A stretch of 64,000 nucleotides of DNA from Ginglymostoma cirratum (GCA_024137785.1 JAHRHZ010000018.1:35442166-35506165); one strand, 5' to 3'; shown: positions 40,963 to 54,434, numbered from the stretch's first letter. Notes: a model not told the origin generated them from the sequence alone. Made by a program: numbers and translations.

Positions 40963-41111
40963 AAATGCTCCCATAGTATTGAGTTCCAATGGTCCTGGTG
41001 ATTCTGATTTCCCAACTCCGTGATGCAAACCTGAGCCTCTTTTCCCTACCAGTGAAAATGAGTTCTGTCGGAGATGAGGACCAGATTTCCATGTTTGGGC
41101 CCCACTCACCA
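40963..41111 (-). CDS. Internal exon of the minus-strand gene: (N)GEWGPNMEIWSSSPTELIFTGREKRLRFASRSWEIRITRTIGTQYYGSI
   Basis: Acceptor gtatttttcctgccaaaag|T, donor ATTT|gtaagt. 149 nt, phase 2 to phase 1, open. This frame is not listed in the ORF track. Confidence 0.75.
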
Positions 41112-41378
41112 CTTTTGGCAGGAAAAATACAGTCTTTTAGTCAATGCCTGTGAACAGTCTGATTTTAAAACAAAACAAGTTGTTACCATTTACTCATACC
41201 ATTGCTGTACTCAAATCTGATTCTTAATATTTAAAAGCTTAAAATATACATATATTTGCATCTTTGATCATAAAGTTATTTATTTCTTCTTTTACATAAT
41301 GCGCAAAATGTTTTTACTTGCCTCTGTTTCCTATGCGTCATTTCTTTGTATTTCTGTTTTCTAGTCTTTTCCACTTAC

Positions 41379-41480
41379 TTGAGTTCTCTGAATGCTATTC
41401 CTCTCTCATCTCCTCCATGTCTTTCATTTGGAGTACGGAGATGTTCCAAAGTTCTCATGTGTAAATGAATCTTTCGGAAA
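41379..41480 (-). CDS. Internal exon of the minus-strand gene: FRKIHLHMRTLEHLRTPNERHGGDERGIAFREL
   Basis: Acceptor tttgctgctttttccag|T, donor CAA|gtaagt. 102 nt, only one open frame (phase 2 to phase 2), in frame with the next exon. Confidence 0.8.
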
Positions 41481-42069
41481 CTGGAAAAAGCAGCAAACCA
41501 TTGGCAACAGTGAATTGGGTAAAGTGTTTGTGATTGGGCCATTATCAAAGATAGTAGCACCAAAGGAAGATATAAAAGAGAGGGGTTATGAGTATCAAAC
41601 AGTAGAACTCACAAAAGAAGCTGGATTTGTAGGAGCGAATAGGTTAATAAGTTAGGTTAAGAATTAAATAGAAGGAGATATCTTCTGTGTTACTTAGGTT
41701 ATTCCCTTTTCTTTTCATGGCACTTGTAACAAAACTTATGGTTACGCAGTGCAGAGCAATTCTGGTTTCCACAGCAGTGTTTCAGACCTAGAAATGTGAA
41801 GCACAAAAATTTCAAAATGAATATTTTCTTAAATTTTGAGACCAGCATTCAGCAAGATCAATCATTGCAGTTTTAATAATAAAACTAAGAAATTTACTCA
41901 TAGATACTTCAAAACAAAACTGGGAAATATTTGGAATGAAATTAATTCAATGACACAGCAACAACACAAAACAAAACCAAAAGTATGTGTCTCCTGAGTT
42001 TAAAGATCTGCGTCTAGTTTTAAATCCATCATCTGCTACTGACAAAAATTGGAAATAAGAGCTTGTGTT

Positions 42070-42180
42070 TGCACAATACCACAATGTCTATACTTCAAAA
42101 GTACATCATTGGTTATGAAGTGCTTTGGGATGTCCTGAGGTCATGAATGATGCTACATAAGCGCAAGTTCTTTCTTTTAA
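42070..42180 (+). mobile_element. 3' tail of a Deu-domain SINE
   Basis: ACTTCAAAAGTACATCATTGGTTATGAAGTGCTTTGGGATGTCCTGAGGTCATGAATGATGCTACATAAGCGCAAGTTCTTTC. Confidence 0.65.
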
Positions 42181-44783
42181 TGTGTTTCTCCCTGGGGTAG
42201 GAATATTTGATTTGTTTTGATTTTTCTCCCTTTCCTTTCTGGCCTCCTGGGCTACCTAACTTCTAAAGCTGAGATGGCATGTACATAACCTGCTCTTTAG
42301 TTGATGAGATTTTCTCTGAATCTCTAGATTCTCTCTTCGTTTTCCTGATTTCTTAATTCTTCCCTATCATGGTGTGAACTGATTTAGAGCCCCTTTCTGT
42401 ACACTGTTGGTTCAATATAAGGCAGGAGCACAGCCTTTCTAGCGGCCTGAATAAATTAATTCACCAAACTTAATCCATAACTAAAGTTATACTCTTGCAT
42501 ATTTCTTTCTGGAATGGGCTGGTTTTGCTTTTCAGCTATTTAGCTTTGTGATTTGCTTGGGACTTTTTTTTCTCACTGCCTGGTTGGTTATTGGGGAAAA
42601 TGGTCTTCTTCCTTTTGTGGAACTTGCCCAATCTTCATTTTGTCATCAGCTAAAAATATGCAAACCCTTTGCACCGAGTTTTTAAGACTAGTCCCAAAGT
42701 AATTTATTTGCACAGAAATGACAAACTAAAACCCAAAGGAGCAGAGGATAGTGAGCAGCTATATGTGAACTATTCATTCTTGGACCTAGGGCAATGTTGG
42801 ATGGCAGGGCGCGAGCATTACTTCATTCATAATGTAAGTTATCCAAATACTTCAAGATTGAGAAACCCCAGTAAGGGAGGTCTCACTTTCATCAATCTCA
42901 ATTATGGTTGTACAGTGGTGAAATAGGTAAACATGTAAGTTTGTGGCATGACAAAGTAGCACTGAGAGACAAAATACTAATGCCTAATGCCACTGAGTTA
43001 CAGGTGAGTGCTCAACTCTGTCAGCTGGTTTCCCAATTTTAGCAGCATAGGCAGTATAGTTGTTGTGTCGGAGATGTACAGGGGCAGAAAGAAAATTGGA
43101 AGAGACTTCAACAGCACTTCCTTCTCCTGTGACCTCTGTTCCTGCAAAGGACAATAACAGAAGTATTGTGAAAACACTGCCACCTTCAAACTCCTTTCTA
43201 AATCACACATTTCCTGATTTGGATATATCTTGTTGTTCATTGTCTTTATGGTAATGACTTGGAATTCCCTGTCTCTATCCTACTAGTAGAATGATTGCTA
43301 GGAAGTCTGCAGTTGTTCAAGGAGATTGTTCAGTATCATCCAGCCAAAGATAGACAATAAACACAACATTGTCTTTTCCCTTAGAATGAAGGAAATGTCA
43401 AGTCTTTTGATTCCCCAGTGCTTTCTGGTGGCTAGTTACAAAGACCAGAGGCTGCAATGAGAAGCTGGCCAATCATTCTCTCGGCAGCAGGTTTGCTGAG
43501 ACCAGGGACATGGAAGATACAGTTGAATTTACCAGAAGAAAAGTGCATTAAAAATTAAAAGAAATGCAACTGTACTATCAAATTCAAACATTCATCAGTG
43601 TAAGAAAAACGTATGCTAACTGTACAAGTTCAATGTCTCAGAGCCTTGAAAGCCCACAGTGATCATTTAGATGTTTTTATTTTAATTACATTCAAAAGTA
43701 TTAATCATTTCATCCTGTCATTCCAGTTTCCATTTTTTTCTGTGTGTTACACTGTGCTAAATGGTGATGGATTTCATTATTCTTTCTGTGGTGCTGTAAT
43801 TAACTGAAATCCGCACAAACTAATTTTGTGCACAAACATATCCTGAAGATTGCTTTGGCTTGTATCAAAAATAATATAGTTAGGCCTGTGCAGAACAAAT
43901 TTAATTTGATAGCAGGTGGTTTGATAAATCACGAGTCAAGTACTTTTCCTTTTTTAACTGGGCTTGGATTATTGGGGTGAAGGGAAAAGTCTTCAAAAGC
44001 TCTTCTTCAGCATATTTGTTGTTTAAGATCCAAAACTGAACTCAATGCAAATCAGATTTTGTCTATGGAGATGTTAAATTGTATGTTTTTTATTGTAAAG
44101 GTTACTTTTGTATTAAAGTAAAGGCCATGACTGCATAACGAGGAGAGAAATTAGAATACCACTAGTCCATATTTCAGAAAATGAAATTGAGATTCCCTAG
44201 AGGTTTATAAGGAGTTGCTTTAGGGAAGAGGAAGCATTTAATGCAGCAGTGAAAGGAACCAAAATAAAGAGCTCACTGGTTCTTGTGTAGGCTGAAAGTA
44301 GCACATGAGAAGCAGCATCTAGCATCCACGCATTCAGCATCGGCATTAGGTTTCATTTCCTGTTAGAGATAGAAATGTATAGCAGATAAAATCATCATTT
44401 TGTGAACATTAGAGGATTGTTTCTAAGCTTTTTATCAGAGCTGTCAAAATGTATTCACAGAATTGGCCATGCACTTAATCTTCAATAATTCTGCATAGTT
44501 TCTCAAAATAGTTTTAAGTTCAAAAATCTATCCTGTTGTATTCCAACATATTGCTGGACATTTTGTCAACACTGGTTATTCTGATATACTGTACAATTTA
44601 TAAGATATTCTGGTCATTGTGAATTCTGGATCGGTACAAAGGAAATGGTTGTTGCAGTTCTTCCCTATTACCATAAATAATTTTCTTTTTGCTCAAATTA
44701 ATGCTGCATGTCAAGCAATTCTTTATGAAGACAATATGATGCAGCCTGCCAATATGTCTGTGTCACTCCTTGTTTACTTTTAC

Positions 44784-44806
44784 CTGGGGATACATTGGAA
44801 AAGCAT
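44784..44806 (-). CDS. Alternative candidate start exon for the minus-strand gene: MLFQCIP(S)
   Basis: ACCATG context and donor CCAG|gtaaaa in phase 2, compatible with the exon at 41480. It competes with the 57.8-kb candidate. Confidence 0.25.
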
Positions 44807-47800
44807 GGTTTCTTTTATCCCTGCAATTTCCGCCCACCCATCATCAGAAACCAGCAACAAAATATCTCCAAAGAGTTCCCTTGTAAACAATTAGGTTATA
44901 CTCAAGATTACCTGCATTAGTTTAATAAATCAAACAAAAATCTTAGCCATGCGGATATCTGAGAGTTCATGACTATGTTAACTTGTATGAAGCTAAAAGA
45001 AATTGCAAAATGATTGGGTTTCATTCTCTGAGCTGTTTCAATAATTGCCCTTTCTAATTTACAACCTCCGAATTTAACACAATGCCAACACTAGTAATGA
45101 AGATTAAATGAAGTCTTACCAAAAGCATCAAAATGAAGATAGATTGAGTCAACAAAACATTTGCTATAGATTAATGTTTATAATATAGTTGTGGGTCTAT
45201 TTTAAAGCTCTTCTGCACAAATTTATTTCTGTCTGTTTCTGGGTTGCTGGAAGTAGAATGGGTAAGGCAGTTGGAATTATAGTAATTACTGTGGAGTTTA
45301 AGAAGATGCTGAAAATAGGTTTTTCAAGTTTGCTTAATCATGACATGTTCTAAATGTTATAATTTTTTAAAAAATCAAAACAGGTTATCAAGATAGCATT
45401 GAATGTTCTGCTTGTGTTATGTGTGCACAATGCAATGCACAGTAAATTTTTTATGGAAAATGCTATTGTTACCCAGCACTCTTAAGGGATGTTATTCAGT
45501 AGATGCCTTAGCCAGGTGAGAGAGGGGATTCAGTATCTGATGATCTGTAAAATAATATGAAGCAGACAAAATGTCATTTGTACCAAAAAAAAGTTAACCT
45601 TCAGTTTCTCATCAATAAATTCCAACAAAACATTAGGAACAAAAGGCACAGCTAGACAATGTGGTACCTTTGTAAAGCAAGATTTAAGTCTTAGGAATTA
45701 TGCTAAACAAAAAACTGGAAGACCTTTACACTTCTATTATCCTGTGCAAGCCACATAAATTTAAAGTTTTTTCTGTAAAGCATGAAATTTGCAGGTATCT
45801 ACTTTTAATCCAGCTATCTTTTATTTCCAATGCTATTTGTTGGTAGGAACAGAAGAAAGTGATGGGCAATGTAATGTATTGCTCTCAGCTTGCAAATACT
45901 TTGTGTAATTTAACTCCTTGCGTCCTATCCATCTTCACATAATAGACTCGTCTATTTGTTGATCTGATTGCATCACTAAAAGCAAACTGGTCAGCATGTG
46001 CTCTCTTAACAGGACACAAAAAGGGATCGCTGGTCCATTACTGCTGTGTAAACATTAAGCATACATTTCGTTTTGGGGTAGGGGAAACCTGCATTGCTAC
46101 AGCTGTCAGGGCTGAGTTTTAGTATGCAACCTGTTGCAACACTGACTCCCCTGTGGCATGCTTGCAGTTCGTTTTCCAAACATGCGGCATTGTTTTTAAA
46201 TATGGAAATATATGGCCATCATTATTGGTGCATTTCTTCAAACGTGTCCAGCATTTGAACCTCAGGCTATAAAAATGTTGATCGGAAAGTGGCAGCAGTC
46301 GGTTGATGAATGCAGAAGAGAGAAGCATAAATCAGTGCAGGGCACTGTTCTTTTTTCTCCACCCCCACACCGCCCCCCCCCCCCCGTGTCCACCGAGAAT
46401 TGTTGTCTATTGGTTCAGAAAATGGAGAAATGAATCTAGCAATACCCAGTGCTGGTTAGCAGATTGTCATTTTTGGGTTTGATGTTCTTTGGTATAATTG
46501 TCTTTCATGTGAACAATGGCAGGAGATCTCTGGTGAGCCATGGAAGCATGATAAAAGAGGCTGATCTTGCATAGCAATGTCTTTTATTATTAGTGTATAA
46601 AATTAGCAAGCTGGATGTTGTTAGAATTAGCTTTACTGATGTTAATTGTAATGCAGTATGAATTCTGTTAGCAGATTGTGCAGTAATTCTTCGTAAGGCG
46701 ATAGCTGCAACGATAGGTACTATTAATAACCTTTTTACTTATATTGTATCGTTTTAGTAGGCTTTAATAAGGCAGTCACCGTCAACGGGAATTTATTAGA
46801 AAAGTACAGTAATTGATGTATTGCAGCAAGTATGAGCAGAGGCTGAAGTTGATTAATGTATGAGTTGGCTTTTTTAAGGCAGTTTAAAAAGGCTTCTTAA
46901 CTGGGTCTTCGGAGACCAACACAAACCCACTGTAAACTACTTCATTCCAGTCGGAAAATGACTTGACAGCTGCTCCAGTCTCTGGTGGTTTTGCTTTTCT
47001 GATCAGAGAAAATTGAAGTAATATAGTACTCATCAATAATTGCAGTGCTTAAAAATCTTATAAAGGGATTTTGACTGTTTTCCCCCCTGGAGATAAGTTT
47101 TCAAAGGTTAAATTAGTTTTACTTGCATTTGCTTCATATATTCAACCCAGAGTAAGGATCAGTTGTGCTTTAAATGGACTGCTGGTTGTGAGTTGCATGA
47201 AATTAACATCTTTGTGACTATCTACAGTGTTTAACTGCAAAGTGGTCTCTTCTGGGCAGCAAGCCTTTGTGGCTGCCATACCATAAAGAGACTATACATT
47301 AAAAGCACAACAGGGAAACAGGGAGGGAGTCATAGCGATGGTATTCTCTGTTAAAACTATACAGTGCCCCCAGCAATTCCATCATTTTGAGATGAACAAA
47401 GACCTGAGCAAGATACCTTTGTGAATACTTTGTATATTTATATATTTCATGAAGAAGATTAAATAGCATATTCAAATATCTAAATGTTAAGCAGTATAAC
47501 AGAAATATTCTGTTTGCACTTTAGTCTGACGTTTTATATATTTTCAAGCAAAACTATCAATACAGAACATTAAAGTCATTTTTACCACAGAGCTAAGTTG
47601 TGGCTTACTATTTTAGTTTAAAAGAAAAATGTGGACATTTACACAAGTGTGTAGTGGCTTTGCTATAAATTGTAGCATAATCGTCTCCTGTCGCTTTAGT
47701 TTCTGGCCAAGAAGTGTTATGTACAGTAAACAACAGCTATCACGCATTGTGTGAACAAAAATGGTATGGAAGGCAAAAGTGCCAGACAATGTTTAACAGC

Positions 47801-49363
47801 TGCCCTCTTGATGCTTGTTCCAAAATGCTTCCCACCAGAATATGCATTTGGTTTGCCTGGTAAATTACCCTGAATTTATTTTTGACTGCATTTTCTTCAC
47901 TTGTGTTCAAAGCATTGTTCTGTATCTCTCAAGCATTTTCTCACATACAAGCCTTCACAGAAACTTGGCATTGTTTCCCTTAGTTTTGCTTTTGAAAAGC
48001 CTACTGGTACACATATACGTCCTATCAATAATAAGCAGTTTAACAACATTTCATGTTTATTTGACAGTTATACTGTGATTCCTAAAGTTGTTGGATAAAG
48101 TCATTTGATGTTCTGCAGGCACCTAAAACACGCAAGTTAAGCAGGTATTTACTGATTGTGAAAATATTGGTAAAACAAAAAGCATTTTATTGCACATTGG
48201 CATTATACTTCTCAACTGCCCCACATTTTCTGAGACATCACACAAGGACTCTCTGTCGTGACTGACTGATTCAGTTCATATTAACCAAGAGTTCATCTTA
48301 CTAAAGCAGAGTTGTCTCAATAATTCTTTAAAATAAGCCTTGACAAAAAAAACTGTTCATAATGGCTGCAGCCAGTAGCAGGTATCCCTCACTATGGGTA
48401 ATTTTTGGATATTATTATGGCTTTTATCCATATTGACGAATAAAGAAATTCACTGCCAAGCTTTAAAGTGTGGAAAATATAAGGTATGCATTTTTAATGT
48501 TGGCAATACTTGATTTTGTGGGTTAATTTTCTCAGTTTGCCTTGTACCTCAATTTATGGAAGAATGATTCTTGTTTACTTTCAGTTTTGGTGCAAATCTC
48601 TGGGATTGCGTTTATGTTAAATCATGCTGTCAATTAACTTTTAGTTACAACGTACAAACTGCCATTTTACCGTGCTGACATCCTATGTTTGCTATTTCTA
48701 AAGATAAGATACATGGCCTCTTTTCCATCTCCAGTCTTTCAACCTACCCAAAACCCTCACTGATATTAGTACAGACGAGGTCGTTTTACTGAGTATGTGT
48801 AAATATCATGTATTTTAGGTTCTTTCCAAAGTCTTCATTTTTTTTGCTGCAGACAGTCCTGGGACAGTAGTTCCTTTCTGCTTAGGCAAGCAGCCCTTAG
48901 GAGGTTTTGGTGAATGAAGTGCTTGATCTTAATATGAAGAAAAGTGCACAACTGGTTTCTGCTGACATGCCTCCTTAACATGTACCAAAAGCTACACATG
49001 AGTAAGATTGGAATCATACTGCAAGCTGTCTTCGTCTTGCGGCTATCCATCTTTTCCAGGAAAAATGGATACCAAGGCCTGGAGTTTCATCCAGAAGGGG
49101 GCATCCTGAGTCAGGTCGTTTCCTAACTTGCGATTCTCCCCCAACTATGTAGTGCCCTCTAATGTTATTTTTGTTGTGAGATGGCAAGGTTGTGCTGGAG
49201 ACAGGGACACCATCTCTTGAGGGAGAAATAAGGTAGCAATGTGAGAATTTGCTGAGGCTGACAAGTTTGAGAGCGTGTTTGTGTTCTCTGAAACATCTTA
49301 GTTTCATAGATGACTGATTGCTCTGACTTCTCATACAGCCCCACCAAAATCCCTTCCTATTCA

Positions 49364-49694
49364 GAGAATCCCTACAGTGTGAAGGAGCCGATTTCAGCCC
49401 ATGGGGTCAGCACTGACCTTTCAAAGATCCAGACCCACCCCCTACCCTAAATCCGTAATCCCAAATCTACCATGCTCGTCTCCCGAGCCTACACACCCCT
49501 GAACATGACAGACAATTTTAGCATAGCAAATCCCACTTAAACTGCATATCTTTTGGACTGTGGGGTAAAGAGCACCTAGTGGAAACCCAAAGAGTCACGG
49601 GGAGAACATACAAACTCCTGACAGGCAGTCACAAAGGCTGGAATCGAACCCGGGTCTCTGGTGCTGTGCTAATCCTTGAGCCACCATGCTGCCC
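49364..49694 (-). mobile_element. HE1-type (V-domain) SINE
   Basis: Minus strand GGGCAGCATGGTGGCTCA...GACCCGGGTTCGATTCCAG (A/B boxes), then GAGTTTGTATGTTCTCCCCGTG...GGGTTTCC...CAGTCCAAAAGAT, and an HER1-like tail ending CACTGTAGGGATTCT. Confidence 0.88.
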
Positions 49695-50256
49695 TGAGGT
49701 TCAAACTTATTTGTTTGACAAATTAAACGTGTGCCTCTGAAACAGTCCAGCAGATGTCCATCTGTTCATCCTGTTTCAAAGATTTTGCTGTATTCGTCTC
49801 TAGACTTTGTAGGCATGTTGTGCAGTGGTACCCTATTGTGAATGCATGGCTGAGCTCCAAAACCCACTAATCAGATACCAGGAAAGGGGTTGGGAATCCT
49901 AGAATCTCTTCCTATTTGCCATTTTTAAATCTAACCACTTCCATTTTGATACAGATGAGGACATGAGAATCCCATTCCAAGTCTCCAGATTTGCATGAAT
50001 TTGCAACTTGGGCCGTTGTTTACAAATAGTGCACCTGATATCATTTTAAGTCAGACACATTTTAGTAGTCTGGGCATCAAAGTGAATTAGGTGGATATCT
50101 GATGTAAAAATGGGTCAATTTCAAGGCTTTACTGTCATTTTCAAGTTCCTTAATGTTGAATTTGTCTATTATAAAACCTGCCTGTAAATGCTTGATGATG
50201 ACAATCAAGAGAGACACCTATACCAGTGCAGATTAAAGATTTGCAATTGAACTTAG

Positions 50257-51145
50257 CTAAGTACATGATTACAGCAGGTCAAGCAGCATCATAGGAGCAG
50301 GAAAACTTGACGTTTCAGGCCTAGACTCTTCCAGATGACATTCTGAGGACCAGGGTTCAAATCCAACCACAGCAGATGTTGGGATTTGAATGGAATAAAT
50401 ATCTGGAATTCTGAGTCTAAATGATGACCATGAACCCATTGTTGATAGTCAGTAAAACCCATCTGGTTCACTAATGCTCTTCAGGGAAGAAATTGGCCAT
50501 CCTTATCAACACGTGAGTCCAGACCCACAGCAATGTGGTTGACTCTTAACTTCCCTTTGGGCACTTGGGGATGGCCTAGCTCGCCCTCATCCTCTAAATG
50601 AATTATTAAAAGGTACTGGAACACATGGTACTGGCAAAGTAGACAATGCCTGTAAGAAGTGTGTACTGTAACTGAATGCTTGCATTTCCTCTCCACCAAG
50701 AGGTGAACTGCCAATAACCAGTTGGATTAGCACTGATATTAGTTACATTACAGAGATTAGACAGAAACCAGATCAATTAAAAATTCCCCAGTCGGGGAAC
50801 TGAAGGAAGACAATGGATCCACATTTTTACCTGTTCAAGTCCAATGAATTTGATAAAACATGTAAATTCTATCTTCACACTGGTGTATTGATGAGGTTCA
50901 CAGCTCTTTAGAAGTTTGAATGTGCTAAACTGCATTAAAGTGTGTGCTATTAAAATACAGCCTCAAGTAGCATATTATTGTCAATGTGCCTTTACTTCAG
51001 ATTTCTGATGAAGGGTCTAGGCCCAAAATGTCAAGTTTTCCTGCTCCTATGATGCTGCTTGACCTGCTGTGTTCATCCAGCCCCATGCTTGTTATCTCGG
51101 ATTCTCCAGCATCTGCAGTATCTTTTATCTCTAAGTACATGATTA
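50257..51145. mobile_element. Penelope-like (family A) composite insertion: inverted termini enclosing a captured 665-bp local sequence, flanked by a 15-bp TSD
   Basis: CTAAGTACATGATTA at 50257-50271 and 51131-51145. The left arm (50271-50331) is the reverse complement of part of the right arm (50996-51132). The interior 50331-50995 duplicates 52745-53394. Confidence 0.85.
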
Positions 51146-52744
51146 GTTGTTTTAAAATGCTAGTGGGCTTTTTATACCTATTTCTGGTTGTATTGGCAAG
51201 TTGATTTTTGGAACTGAGAGAAAAGTTCTATCCTGGCCCTTTTGCCTGCATATCCGATAGCAACAAGAGAACCACTGTGACTGGGGGGCCATGAGGAGGC
51301 AAACCAGCAGTTATTAGTGGAAGGGTCTCCAGCTGCAAAGAGAAGAGAGAGAAGGAGAAGAGGTCAAAGGAGCCCTTATCCCAAATGAGTTCATAAGACC
51401 AAAGCATCTTCCCTTCGATTCACTACAGAGAGGAGGTTTGAACAAGTGATGTTGCACCAATTGGGCTCCAGCACTAGGTCACACACTTCATTACCTGGGG
51501 CTCATATGATGACTGTCGGCCTGAGTTTATAAACCTTGGGGAGATGACAGGTGGTGGCAGGTGATAGAAACACTTTGTCAAAATGAGTAGTGCACCTCCT
51601 CCCTTGTGGAGTCAGTGAAGCAGGAGGACAGGATTCTGAGCTTCTCCACAATCACAGACTTGGTGCAGGTCTTTAATGCGTAGCCCAGTCCGTGGCAAGA
51701 GGCTGGAGAATATGTGAACAAGAAGGATGTCCATTCATTGGCTGTGCAGCGCATAATGTTGGCCTAGCTTGGGTGCGCTTCCTTGGCAGTTGCTGTGGTG
51801 CATCTATCCTGCATCAGCTCCCCACTGGTTCTCACTGCAGCTGGTCTCTTGAATGATCAACAGACTACTTGTGTAAAAGAATAATATGCGGTGAATCCAT
51901 GGTTCATGACAGCTTTTGGGAACCCACACACAGACTACAGAGGTGTGATCATGGCTCTATCACTAGAGGCACGCTTGTATCATAGGTCAGCACAAATCAA
52001 TATCCTGAAACCCTGGATGTTCAGCATGAAAGCAGCCTGCATATAGTTTTGAGAGAGTCTCCTAAATTGCTGAAGAATGTTGTACACTACATATGTACAC
52101 TGTACATATACACTGTAGACTACTAATCTTGAAAAGAGCCAAAAAACTGGAATGAAGGAATAGAGGCAGAGCTAAAAGTGGCATCATGATGTGATGAGGA
52201 AGAGTAAAGGCACTAATCCTGTCAGCACCAGAGCTATATACCAGCAGATTATTCAGAAAAGCAATCATCCCACCCCCCTGCCCCTATCCATACCAACAGC
52301 CTCTCCTACCATCAGACCCAGTCCTTCCATTCTCCAGATGAATGATCTCAACTTAACCATCACCATTGGTACTTTACACACTTCACATAACCTAGTCAAT
52401 AAACAATGAAACTTTACAAAACAGGAAATTCAATGAAAATTTGTAATGCCAAATTGGCAGAATATACATACAAAATCTAAGTGTCACCCTGAGTGCTAGC
52501 CTGTAGTACTGTTTTTGCTCATCTTGTACATAGCAAAGTGTTAGCCTACAATCTACAGGATGAGAGATGCAAGGCTGCTGTATTCCCAATGAGGATGTCC
52601 ATTGACTTATTGTAATTTTCCACGAAGAATTTCATACTGCTGGCTGAAAATCTTTGCAGCACCCTTTTGAAGTACATTATTCATGTTCAAGTTCAAGTGG
52701 GAAACAACAGCCTTATGTTATTATTGGGCTGTTAGTCCAGAGAC

Positions 52745-53394
52745 CCAGATGACATTCTGAGGACCAGCGTTCAAATCCGACCACAGGAGATGTTGGGATT
52801 TGAATGGAATAAAAATCTGGAATTCTGAGTCTAAATGATGACCATGAACCCATTGTTGATAGTCAGTAAAACCCATCTGGTTCACTAATGCTCTTCAGGG
52901 AAGAAATTGGCCATCCTTATCAACACGTGAGTCCAGACCCACAGCAATGTGGTTGACTCTTAACTTCCCTTTGGGCACTTGGGGATGGCCTAGCTCGCCC
53001 TCATCCTCTAAATGAATTATTAAAAGGTACTGGCAAAGTAGACAATGCCTGTAAGAAGTGCGTACTGTAACTGAATGCTTGCATTTCCTCTCCACCAAGA
53101 GGTGAACTGCCAATAACCAGTTGGATTAGCACTGATATTAGTTACATTACAGAGATTAGACAGAAACCAGATCAATTAAAAATTCCCCAATCGGGGAACT
53201 GAAGGAAGACAATGGATCCACATTTTTACCTGTTCAAGTCCAATGAATTTGATAAAACATGTAAATTCTATCTTCACACTGGTGTATTGATGAGGTTCAC
53301 AGCTCTTTAGAAGTTTGAATGTGCTAAACTGCATTAAAGTGTGTGCTATTAAAATACAGCCTCAAGTAGCATATTATTGTCAATGTGCCTTTAC
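52745..53394 (+). repeat. Source copy of the local duplication (SINE body plus about 370 bp of flanking sequence)
   Basis: Near-identical to 50331-50995 (about six substitutions by eye and one 15-bp indel). Here the SINE head continues upstream to about 52708. Confidence 0.95.
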
Positions 53395-54085
53395 ATCAAC
53401 TTTTTCTGTTTGCAGTGGCTCTTTGTGGTGAATTTGTATAATGATACAAAGTATTTTGGATGGTGATGATAAAAATAATCCTTATTCTTTTTAAGAAGGG
53501 GTTGTGCTATACTTGAAGTTTGCACTTGCAGTTGTTCCCCTATCCACCCCTGTACCCGACCCTATCTTCAAAGACCTAAATCTTGGCCAAGCAATCAGAA
53601 GAAGAATGATCGTGTCAGGCCGATGGAAGTGAAGCCAGTAAATGAGTCAACCCCCGCCCCCACCCCCGTCACACTTTTATGTTTTCCAGCAGATGAGGAG
53701 AGCACAGTGCCCAGAAAGTGATTTGCTGCCCATTCTCTTTGGTTTGTAAAGTACCTGAACTGAGGGCCAGTATTTCTAACAAAAACTTTCTTATATTGAG
53801 GAGGGAAAAATGTAATTCTTTATGTCTTCTAAAAGCGAACTTGTACATAAAGTATGAAACATTATTCCTCTATGAAAGCCCTATCTGCTACTTGCAACTA
53901 ATTGTTTTATCGCCACTTAGGAAATAAATGGAAGATTTTCACTGGCAATGCGTTATGCCACAGAGTGGTGGCTGATGGGATTGCATTTGCAATTCCTTCC
54001 CAGTCAAATGTTGGGTTTGGTGGATGCCAGGCACCAACCTACTGGAAGGAAGAAAAAGCCAGTGTGGTCCAGACCGGAACCCTTC

Positions 54086-54116
54086 TGCACCCCCTGGTGG
54101 CCAGTTCAGAACAACA
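54086..54116 (-). promoter_or_regulatory. CTCF binding motif
   Basis: Minus strand TGTTGTTC-TGAAC-TGGCCACCAGGGGGTGCA: near-consensus core (TGGCCACCAGGGGGCGC) with an upstream-module-like TGTTGTTC 5 bp before it. Confidence 0.65.
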
Positions 54117-54434
54117 TCTGCAGTGCTCCGGGATCAGACCGACCAATCCCTGCATTGTAACCAGTGTGCTGAACAGAGAGATCAAACTGAGGAAGTACAT
54201 AACTGAAGAAAGTTGGAGGTATCTTAGCCCCACACAGAAGAAAAAAGCCAAAAAACATTTTTCCATTAGGTTAAATATGTCCTCATTGTTCTTTCACATT
54301 GACTAAGTGAATGATCAAATCTGCAATAATTATGATAATTGTCTTTGCATATCAGTGTAGCAAATACTGACTATGCCTAATTTTAAGGCAGCCCACTGGT
54401 GTAAACATGATGGCCATGGAAAAGTGGCAACAAA

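Noticed and set aside
40930-41112. ORF MVSGAQTWKSG... with donor CAG|gtaagt at about 40941
   Set aside because: Its frame is incompatible with the phase-2 upstream exon. The alternative frame ending at 40963 links correctly on both sides.
41365-41518. Plus-strand exon candidate and ORF 41392-41655 after a long polypyrimidine tract
   Set aside because: All three frames from the acceptor contain stops. The region is better explained by the minus-strand exon 41480-41379, which has strong splice sites.
49630-49694. tRNA gene
   Set aside because: The A and B boxes belong to a SINE head and no cloverleaf can be formed. The same applies to the other SINE heads.
53902-54306. 134-aa plus-strand ORF and overlapping ORFs
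   Set aside because: No recognisable protein features or convincing splice pair. The local GC rise around the CTCF motif explains the lack of stops.
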